DNA of 64,000 bases. Origin: Lepidodermella squamata (Eukaryota; Animalia; Gastrotricha). A program made the translations under genes and the position numbers. Shown here piece after piece: positions 52,482-64,000 of the stretch. Position 1 is the first letter of the stretch. Each line of letters opens with the position of its first letter. Below the pieces are notes generated by a model. The model saw only the letters and a program-made list of their open reading frames with translations. It made no database searches and was not told the origin of the DNA. The stretch is from NCBI GenBank assembly GCA_047495785.1, contig JBLDXI010000013.1:2542001-2606000 (forward strand), written 5' to 3'.

Positions 52482-54828
52482 ATGGGCGGAGTTTGCAGTT
52501 CGCAGAACTCTAAAAAGCGGAAAAAGGCAGAGAAAAAGAAGAAAAAGGATAACCTCATGATTCAGGTAAACTTTCGCCTAGCCTAACTTCCCCACATAAT
52601 TTTTGCGAAATTAATAGATTTTGGCTGAACACGAGCGAGGTATCAACTGCATGACGTTGAATGAAGACGGCAGCATTTTAGCAACTGGTAGCGATGACAA
52701 AACGGTCAGGATGTGGAGCGCGAAAACGACGCCGATAGAGTGTATCGGAATACTTAAGGCAACTTTTTAATATCACTTTTTGACCCACTTAGTGACCTGA
52801 CTTAATTAGGGTCACGACGACTACGTCACATCGATGGCCATGGATTCAGGATTTCTAGTCACAGGTTCGGCCGACCGAACAGTTCGAAAGTGGGATACTT
52901 CCACGTGCGAATGTTTGAATGTTATGGAGGGCCACAGTGGAACCGTGAATAAGGTCATAATCACGACAGAGTTCATTTTCAGCAGCTCTTACGATAAAAC
53001 TGCGCGATGTTGGGACCTTGATTCCGGCACGTGTTTGCGAACATTCGCCGGGCATGGAAGGTCAATTCTGCCTATGGTTTTCTTACCTGGCTATTTGCCA
53101 ACCGCTGACGACATGCAGATGTTCCCGTCCGATGCGGCGCAGTTTGTCCAGGACGAAAATAGAGACCTGCTATTTACCGGATCGGCCGACTGCACCGTCA
53201 AGGTGTTCAACGCTTACAGCGGCGATCTTGTGAAAACTTATTACGGCCATACTGGAGCCATAACTTGCATGACAGTGGACATTGAAACTAAGCTCCTCAT
53301 AACTGGATCTACGGATCGAACGATTCGAAGCTGGAGTATTGTGCATTCAACGCCCTTGAAGGTTTTCGAAGGTCATATTGGTTCAATTATTGCTCTAAGC
53401 GTTAGTTGATTTCCACGATTTTGTTATCATCTGAATTAATTTTTTATTCATACAGGTAGCTACCAAAGTTGTATATTCCGCCTCGAGCGATGGAACAGGA
53501 AGGTCGTGGGCGTTGGATGTTGGCGAATGCACGCGAATGATGACAGGCCACAAAAGCGGGGTTACATGTATGAAGTACAAAGATGGCCTTGGTTAGTTTA
53601 AAATCTATAAAAATATCCCACCTTAATAATTGCATGACAGTTTTCACTGGTAGTGGAGATGGTTTCGCGCGGTGTTTCAGCGCGAAGTCCGGGTTTATTC
53701 TCGTTCAGTTTAAGGATAAATGGGTTCATTCAAAGCGAAAACGCCCTGAGGGCTCGCTCAAAAATCAGAAAGATGCCGTAGCTTGCATGCAGGTGAATGA
53801 AGAGGAAATTATTAAGTTAGACCTTATCTTTATTTGTTTCGCTTTTTCTGTTTCTGTTCTCTAATTTTTTTTATTCTTAATTTCCCGTTTTGCGTTTGAT
53901 TGCAGTGGTTACTGGAGCCGGGGACAAAACTGCGCGTGTCTTCGGTGCTTACTCTGGAGCTTGCTTAGCTACCCTTACTAGCCATACCGGAACTATTCTT
54001 GATGTTCAGGTTATTTTATTTACAAGCGATTTTGTGCCACCTAGACGCGTTGAACTTCACACTGATGTTTTTTGGTTTTAGATATCTGGGACTCGATTAT
54101 TCACCGGCTCTTTTGACGGGTTAATTTGCGTGTGGGATATCGAAGATATTAAAGACGAATCGGAGTTCGTCTACGGCGAGGAGAATGACAAAAAGAAAGA
54201 TGACGAAGAAGAAAGCGGTTCTGAGAGCGATTCGGACGAGGATGAAGAAGAGGAGGAGGAGGAGAATATCGAAAACGCAAGACCGCCGCAACCCAACGCC
54301 ATGGCCATGCCGAATCCCAACCAGCAGTTCAACACTGGCATTCCGAATCAGAACCGGCAGCCGTTACAGCAACAGAATCTACCGCCTGTCCGAGGCCCTC
54401 CAACGCACCAGGGACAGGGTCAACCTTTTCAAGGCCAGGGTCAACCTTTTCAAGGCCAGAATCAACCCCATCATCGCCAACCACACCAGGCTCAGATCAG
54501 CACGGTGAACGAGATGACCAACGTTCAAACCCCAGGCGCTAGACTAATGAACGATGACTTCAAGGTTAATTAAATCTTTAAAAGCTGAAAATCGTGTAAT
54601 TTTTGTATTCTCCAGGACGAAGATATGGATGCGAGTGATTTGATAAATCCTGCTGGCCAATATCCGCAACCGCCTCGACCAGGACCGCCGCCGGGCGGGT
54701 TCGTTGTACCGCAGAATCAAGCTGCGGCTGCTGCTGCGTATTATCAGCAACAAATGTATCAGCAGCAAATGGCGGCGCAGCGGCAAGGGCAACCTTACGG
54801 CCAGTTCAACCCCGGCATGAGGCGATGA
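52482..54828 (+). CDS. WDR86: WD40 repeat protein, WDR86-like, with acidic and Q/P-rich C-terminal extension; GC-AG intron 52759-52809; alternative exons 53641-53792 / 53906-54009
   Basis: EHERGINCMTLNEDGSILATGSDDKTVRMWS, TGSADRTVRKWD, FSSSYDKTARCWD match the recalled WDR86 repeat order. Confidence 0.8.
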
Positions 54829-55311
54829 TTTGTTTTGGTTACAAATTCCTTTATAATAAACTCGACTGGAATGAGACTGTATATCAAATTTTCAATTCTT
54901 TGTTCATCTTTCAATATTTCAAGAATTTGAATGTCGTAAATAATTTTTTTGGAATAATTTTTTTTTCCTATGAAATTGAGTTTAGTCTTCAATCTGGCGC
55001 GACTTCTCATGTTAGTAGTTCTAGTGAAGCTATGTTGCCTTTTACTGACATTTGGAAGGCGAAAATAAATAAAATGGAAGGTTCTTGAAATTCAGCGCGT
55101 TTAGATCAACATGCGAGCAATTGAGCTTTTTATTTGCATTGCAAGCAGGTGAATTAGCTATCTTGCTTCCTAATACTCATAATATATTGATGAGAACTCC
55201 CTACATTGGTATGTATGACGAGATTATTGTCATCGGCCCCTTCTAAAGAATTGAAAAACGTCGTCGTCGTTAGTTTTATTCTCTCGCCTACGCGATTCGC
55301 CCGGGCGCAAA

Positions 55312-56585
55312 ATGGCGGTAAGGCATCCATCACAGGACGTGGGAGTATTTGAGAAAGTCGAGTTTGAACAAATGGAGATTGCTGACGAGGCGGAATATCC
55401 GCCGCAAAATGAACGCAGGCCAATTCTACCCAAGCCGCCACAACCGCCAACTGAATGCTGGATCAAATTTTTGAAATTCAACGTCCTTGCTATTAATTGG
55501 GTCAAAGCGGTAAATGCGTTTGATATATAGGAATCCTAATAAAAATATCTTTTTCCAGTGGCTAGTTTTCGTTTCGATCATTTTAACTTCAAGGTCGCTG
55601 CAATTATTCCAGCATCTCCAGCCAATTACTGACTATGAAAGCTATTACTGCTACAAAATAACGTTCACTTTTTTGGTGGCTAATGGTGTAGTTTTCATCG
55701 GTGTAATCTGCGGATTCGTGGCTCAACGATATGGTTGCACAAAAGCCCTCATTATGGTAATAGAACTTTAATTTCCAAGCAGCGATAGCTTATTTCAGTG
55801 ATTCTAGCTTGCAGGAATAAGTGGCCTGATCGCAGCGGGATTTTTTGCTATAGCAATCAGCATTTTCACCAGTAACAGCGAAATGGTTGAACGCTACGAA
55901 GAGGCTGTAGTCGAAGCTTTCGGGAAAACAAGTAGCACAAAAGATTTGAATTCGAATGTTCAAAATTGGAACGTTTATGAAATTCAACGATCGGTGAGTG
56001 TTACTCATCGTATTTCGCCTTTTTTCGAAAATTGATCTAAAATTTTGATTGGCTGAAAGATGATGACTGAATGTTATTGAATAATGTGTTTTATTGATGC
56101 TATTTTTCAGTTTTCTTGCTGCGGACTCGAGCATTACTTGGATTGGCAAAAGAATACTACTTGGCTTCAAAATGTCGCGAAAACTGATCCCAATAAAGAT
56201 TCCTTAATATTCGTTTTCCGCGGCTGCTGCCGCATAACGGCCGAGTCGGCGCATTTCTACGACTATATGCTTCACACATCAGACCCAAGATGCGACTACT
56301 GCCTGGACGACATGGACTTCGAAATATGTCGAACAGTTACTCTGAACCAAACCAAAGCTCTACATCAAACTGGGTGCCGGAAAGCTGTTATGAGAGGTGT
56401 TGCTAATGAGCTTTGGATTGTTTGTATTATGTCTCTACTAATAGCGATCGCAGAGGTAAGGAATCCTGAATCATAGATTTGTTTCATTTTCATATTTTTT
56501 CCCCTAATAGCTTTTCTGCCTGGTATTCTCTTGCTGTAAATCATTCGCACTAACTGACCAAATAATATCCGAAGATGATGATTGA
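55312..56585 (+). CDS. Divergent tetraspanin; 5 exons
   Basis: Four hydrophobic segments. IQRS|FSCCGLEHYLDW, GCC and GC in the large loop. Stop at 56583-56585. Confidence 0.8.
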
Positions 56586-59032
56586 GAAGAATTTCTTTTC
56601 ATTTATATACCCGTGTTCTGAGGATGCTGCAATTATTTTTGAATAAATATGATTCCTAAGGTCATCTATGTTCCGAGTTTTTTCCGCGTGAGCGCCGAGG
56701 GTCGCGGCCATTTACTCAGCGGTCAAGTCGCGAGTTTTTTGTCGGCAGCTCTCGTGATACTTCACGGACTTTTTATTTGCACAGCAGTGTAGAAAAGGCG
56801 AGGATTGGTGGGCGCGTGGCTGTGCTATACTCTTCGCCTTAATAATTCCTAAGAACTTTTATTACCTACACTCTTCAGCCATTTACAGGGCGAAATAATG
56901 CTAATATGCCCTGAGCGCTCGTGTCCGAATTAATGGCTTTTTTTCGTCGGCTGCTCTTGGCCATTTATCACAACTCGTTCACGTGTCAAAATAAAAACGC
57001 ATGCATATGTAGTAGGCTAACTACTGAATTGAAGGTAACAATTAGAAAATGCTGTTGTTTTCTCATTACTCCAAGCTTTGCGCTCAATTCTAGTCCATCT
57101 GGATGCGACTTCTTGCTGCGCGTCACCTGATATCTGACCGCCGTAGCAGTTGTTTATAGTTAACGCAACAGTTCTAGCTATTTTCCAACATTTCTGAAGG
57201 CCATTCATCGGTTTATTTTTTTCTTACACCTCAAGCGAAATATGGTATCAGGAATCGAGAGATGGTTTTGATGAAATAAACAACGCGTAGTATTTGATCT
57301 GTGGCGCCTCCGCTTTGCGTCGCATATTTTTGCGCCTTTATGCAAAGTTCCGTATTTACTCAGTTGTTGAAATTAGGCGTAAAACTAAGAAATTCAAATG
57401 GCATTTATCATTAGGGTTGTAATTTTTTACCGAAATTTCTTGTTCATTGTTTTTGCTTCACATTTTACGGCTATATTCTGTAAACATTCTGCGAAAAATA
57501 TAAACGCTTTAGCTGATCAAATTATTTCTTCTCCTAATAAATTTCTGCAAAATAAAGGTCCCATAATTTGTGGCGTGTTGATCATGACTGATGATATCTT
57601 TAGATCGAGGAAACATTATTTTCGCAGCGTTATTCGGTTATAAAAATCGCGCCGCTACGCAACGCGCGACATATGGCGCAAAACTCCGCCTCTCCTTTCG
57701 CTCTAGCAGTCAGAAAAGAAAAAGTCAGATTTTTTTAAACAAATATTAGGGTTATTATTCAAGTACGCTATAGCGCGGTGAAAAAAAACACTTCATGCTA
57801 CGTTTCATGCCCTGGTTGCGATTCGGCGTAACTGGCGCTGCAGCTTTTCAAATGAGAAACTTCACTGCGTTACGGGGTCCAGCTTGATAAACATACGAAA
57901 TGTATCTTCTTTTATTTAACCAGCTTAATGTGACTCATTTGCTCAGCTATAGTGCCTGGATTTTTACTTGCAAATCATCGCTCAGTGCATTCTTAGCGAA
58001 TGTTACCGGTCGGTGCTTTTATTTTTCCTCATCTGAAAAATGTGATGCTAATAATTTCCCAAGATTTCATTCTCGCATCGATATACAGCATAGCCATATG
58101 AATATATCGGTTTTAATTGCGCTTTCACCTGTGCTGATGTGGGGGCGCGGCTTTTTATGGCGATTCTATATTCACCTACGTTATAAGCGTCTATATCACG
58201 ATTAATCGCATTTCTCAACTTTTTTATTGGCTTTTTACGAGTCTAACATCACGGCCTATCAATATTCGCGCAATCTATTGACTTTTTCTTTTTCTCAATC
58301 TTTCTTTCAGTATTATTTGGTGTTATAAAACGTAACTTCCTTGTATTTTTTGTTGTATATATTCTGTAATGAGTAATCGTCTCATCGCGCTACTCGAGTG
58401 CGCACGATTCACGTAAATAATTAAATTCTTGTCATTCTTCGATGTGCTGCATATTTTTGGCATCAGCGGAATGACAACTGAGTGAGGATCAACGGTTAGC
58501 AATGATTCATCGCTACGCGTCAATAGCGCTGTTTTTTCCATAGGTACACAAACAGCAGACAATAGGTGGTGCATCATGCACTTCGTATAATTGTTATTAT
58601 TATCATCAATGGTAATGATGATTTTTCGGGGTTGTTTTTACCTCCCGTCATAGTAAGGTATATGAGCGTTTATATAACCTGAAGTATACATAATAACACG
58701 ATGATTTTTTTAGCCTACAACTCCAACTCATACCATCATAATGTAAGCGGTACTCTCACTCAATACCTGCCTTAAAAACTGTGTAAAAGCTCACGCCATT
58801 TTTTGAGTCATAGGTACCGGCTATATCATAAATAATGCAATATACAATTTTCTTTGTTTAAAAACTTGTTTTTACTGCATACATATATATAAAATTGATT
58901 CACGTGTGAACATAGTCACTGCTTGGTGTATAAATTTTCATGTATAAATGCTTATCACCCGTTTAAATTAATAAGTTACACTGAGATTTTCTAGTTTCCT
59001 AGTCGTTTTTTATCAATTTAACACGCAACGCA

Positions 59033-60162
59033 ATGACGGCAGGCGGCGATCGCTTCCTCAAGGTAAATTTACTGACAAAATTATAGGCGGGCATGAATAA
59101 AGTTATCTATCTTCTTGTAATAGGTCATCTTGATCATCTTCAACGTTATTTTCGCTGTAAGTTTCACGTCAGAGTTTGTTTTGCTGTTTTCCTATACGAG
59201 CCTTGATCCCCTTAGATCGGCGGCCTCATCTCGCTGATCAGCGGTGGTGTTGCCCTCGGCGCGATTCGTGCTGGTACTAGCGGCCTCAAGATCGAAACAG
59301 GCGACAACTCTCTCACCGGTGCCTCCGGTTTGCTCATCGCTATTGGTGTTTTTGTCTTTATCACAGTATGTCAACATGAACCTTTCACCGAATTTTGACT
59401 GATTTTTTTTTTGCTATTTTAAGGCTGTTCTCGGCTGCATCGCTGCTTTCCGCGAGCATCGCATGGCCCTGATCGTGGTAAGGCTGCGATTTTTTTCGAT
59501 CAGCGATTGGCTTGCATATTTCGAACAATTTATTTAGTACTCGGTCATTTTGGTGTTCATTTTGATTCTTCAATTCGCTGCCGCCATCGCCGCTTTCGCT
59601 CTGAAAGGGAAGTTACAGGACTTCGTTTACAAACAGCTCAACACCATGCAGACTAGCATTGCCAACGACACGACCACGACTCTCGACCCTGTTGGCAAGG
59701 CCTTCAAGCTCTTCCAACGTGAGGTAAGGGCGACAAAGCATAGAAAAATCAACGATTTTTTACTAACAAATTTTTCAGTGGAAATGCTGTGGTGTTGATG
59801 GTCCTGAAGACTGGCTCGAGGTCGAGTGGTTCAAGAAGAAGTACGGCGAGTTTGGCAAGAAGAATAACATGAACGTCACATTCCCTGGCTGTTGCCATGG
59901 CGACGAAACCGTTTGCAAGCCATGCGCATCCGGCAACAATGCTACAACTGTCGATTGCGTTGCCACCTCAGTGAAGGACGCAAGTAGCGCGATTTGGGGC
60001 GAGGGCTGCTCCGAAGGTCTGACCGACTACATGAAGCGAAACGTTGGCATTGTTGCCGGTGTTGCGCTCACTTTCGGCCTCATCCAGGTTCTCGGAATCA
60101 TTGTATCGTGCTTGCTGGCTCGATCAATCGGAACCGGTAGCGGCCACGAGCGCATGAATTGA
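59033..60162 (+). CDS. Tetraspanin (CD63-like); 6 exons including 30- and 33-nt micro-exons
   Basis: KVILIIFNVIFA, LGCIAAFREH, LILQFAAAIAAF, KCCGVDGPEDW, PGCC, EGC, GLIQVLGIIVSCLLA. Confidence 0.92.
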
Positions 60163-62418
60163 AAGTAGAACATTCGATGAGTCATGTTGTGTTTATTTCG
60201 TGTGTTAAAATAATGAGTGATTTCAACACCAATCAACAGCAGAAATTTCCAAAAAAATAAGTGTAAATAATTGATAAAAACATGATGCCATCTTTCTTGG
60301 TTGTTATATACTATTATTTTGTTTTTGTGGGTGAAAGCGCTTTTGCCAACTTTAATCTCATAACTAAGGACATTTAAGGCTGAGAAATTCTTTGTCAAGT
60401 CGTATAAAAAGCCCTGGTCTCGGTGTAAAAGCGTGCTAAGAAGATATTACAAAATAAAAGCTGAAAAATCCCATATTGAAAAGGGAAGGAACAAACAATG
60501 GTCGAGTTTTTGGTTTTGCTTGTCACTAATAGGCGCCTGATGAGGCTCTGCATTGCTCCAATAACAACATAATCAGCGCCGAATTTGTGTTTGGCTTTTA
60601 TCGATTGGCAACAAGTCTTATTAGCCCTTCTCATATCACGCAAGGCTATGTTGTCATTAATGTGGGTTGTACAAGTAGCCCGTGGGACAAAATGATTTCC
60701 TGCGGAATGAAATGATGAATGGTAAAGTAATAGAAAAATCACGAACCAATCAGTCAAGGAAAACCAATAAAATTCAGAATGTCTTTATTGTTCAATTCGT
60801 CTGTTGCTGCTGATGTGTGACAAAACGCACAATATTATTTTAATTATTTTCCACGAATATTGATAATAATATTTTAATATATATATATTTGATAGGATAT
60901 CGCGAGAAATACGCATCATCTTCAAACGATAATTTGTGAATGGATCTTCATTTCTCATTTATTCATATAATATAGCGATGTGGTCATCAGAATAACAGCC
61001 AGTCCTGCAGTTAACAATCGACATTTTTCACAACGGCCACGAATTCTTCGGCGCTTTTGATGTAGAGACGTCAGTTATGAAAAATTATCTCTAGATTATA
61101 AGCATAATAGCGTAACAATAATCCCATTGATAATTCAAGTAATAGAAACATCATTTTTTTTGCTTATCAGTCTAGGCGGCTTATACGCTAATAGTTATGG
61201 TAATATTTATAAAAAAAAGTCATACATTTCAATCGAAGCAATTGCACGGCGAAGCATATCATCATATTTGTTACAAATTCGGCCACTGATTCTTTCACCA
61301 ACGGTGTCCAAGTTGAACGGAGAGCATTGAACCACGCATAAGTAGTTGGTATTATTATTATTATTATTTTATAATAAAACAGAAAAGACTCGCAAGTATA
61401 ATGATGGCTCGCCAATTTAAAACACATTTTTCAGCTCAAATAAAGAAGACGCGTAGCAATCGGTTGTGAAATTAAATGTATCCAATAATTATGACGGCGA
61501 TCAACATGATAGCACACGCAAATTTATACCAATTTGAAGTTGGTGAATCGAAGAGTTGATCAATGAAAGGTAACACAATGTTTATTACTAGTTTCTAGAG
61601 AATAGCCCCGCTTCAAGAATGTATACCGCCAATCAATAGTTGACAAGTTTTATTGAATATTGAAGTCTTGCATATAAAACAATGCGAAGACGTAGCATTC
61701 TATCTGAGTTCCACTACATAGTGGCGAGGCATGTTCAAGTTTTCATTCACATAATATAATATTAAATTTAAATATGGCATAACACAGAAGAAATTAGAGC
61801 ACAAAACAAGGCTTACGGATTGTTCTGTTTATTTAACGGATCGAGAAAATCAGAGAGAAATAACAAGAATTATCTACCGATACAAAATGAAGCTTCTGAT
61901 TTCACACAAATTATCATTTTCAACTTTTATATCAAGAAATACTTGTGAAAATAGTAGTGGCCCGACTACAGAATGTACACATGCAGCTGAGATGGGCTCG
62001 ATCGTCCCGATTCTCTTCACATGGCTATATTAGGCAACTTTGAAGGCTGACGACAACAAAAGCAGGCGTTGAGATGGGTTTCTTTGATAGATACATTACT
62101 TGATATGCGTGAATAACGAGCTTTCTACGGTCCACCACCACCACAGCAGCCTCCCTGGCTTCCACCGGTCGCCGCGCCTGCATTAGCAGTAAGCGAAACA
62201 CCTCCTGTTTGCTGTCGCGACCCATTGTCTGATTTAGGTAGGCGTTTGGCTGAAAGCGGAAATCACATCGGATTAGCAGCAAGCAATTGCAAGGTAACAT
62301 AAATATCATATCGCAACAAGAGACAAAAAAATACTTTTAATATAGAACGCGCGCAGATGTTTGACGCTGAGCAAGCGCGTTTAATCATCTGAAAACCGCA
62401 AGCTAAATTGTCTGTTTT

Positions 62419-63311
<893 letters not shown>

Positions 63312-64000
63312 CAGAAATTAAATAACTATAAAACGGGATATTGTTAGAATTTATCAGAATGTGTTCGCCGTCACAACTGCAAACGCGAGTGATTAAAAAG
63401 CCTAAATTATCTAGCAATGGAAGTCAAATGATAACCTATTGAATACATCATGACTTGATGGTGGCATAGACAGATGAAATCAACTATGAACTATGAATAA
63501 ATATTAACTATGGGCCTCCTTCAATAACTCAAGGCTACGGGGTTTACGATTGTCATCGGAAAATTCCTTAAATTTCTCAGAGTGTAGAATACAGAATTAA
63601 TAACAACGATGACCAAGGCGAAGTCGAAATAATGCAGCCAACATCGACACCCAAGATTGCACATTGATCGTGGATCGTTTAGATAATGCTTGTTCTTAAT
63701 TTACAATTTGTTATAAGTTTCAAGCAGGATAATACCAATAATTGACAAGTTCCTTAAATTCTGGAGATAATCTCGCATATCGCATATCACCCCTCTACCT
63801 TCCTTACTGAAGAAGGTGTAAGCATCAGGCCTCGAGCTGAAATCTGAAATCATAGTTCACAATGGCTGTTAGCTTAATGAATCATAAAGCCAGATCGTAA
63901 CCTTTAATTAGAAACGAACTTGGATACTAGAAAAGAGGTATTGACGGTTAGAAGAACCACAAAAAAGTCTCCAAGTTTAGGTCAATTCATTAATCAGCCT

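Overview
Eukaryotic (invertebrate animal) genomic DNA from a compact, gene-dense genome, with introns mostly 45-60 nt and often a CTAAY-type branch site. About 19 protein-coding loci can be reconstructed by hand. Recognisable genes: WRAP53 (3' end), CTDSP, acid sphingomyelinase, a calmodulin-like gene, Bax inhibitor-1, PCYT2, COMMD9, a FAM134/RETREG-like ER-phagy receptor, WDR86-like, two tetraspanins and Rab5. Less standard loci: an intact intronless Cys-loop channel plus a broken paralog, three secreted Cys-rich mosaic proteins (EGF/PAN/fibrinogen; chitin-binding/LamG; 5xPAN) and several genes I cannot assign, two of them paralogs of each other. Several non-autonomous DNA transposons have clear TIRs/TSDs, including a three-level nest at 1.4-3.1 kb. 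Most notable: a phase-incompatible duplicated exon pair in WDR86 (likely mutually exclusive), a fibrinogen-related protein with an apparently split FReD, and divergent short-loop Cys-loop receptors. I saw no tRNA, rRNA, CRISPR or prokaryotic system. Exon boundaries are manual and unverified by RNA data, and the taxon is not determined.
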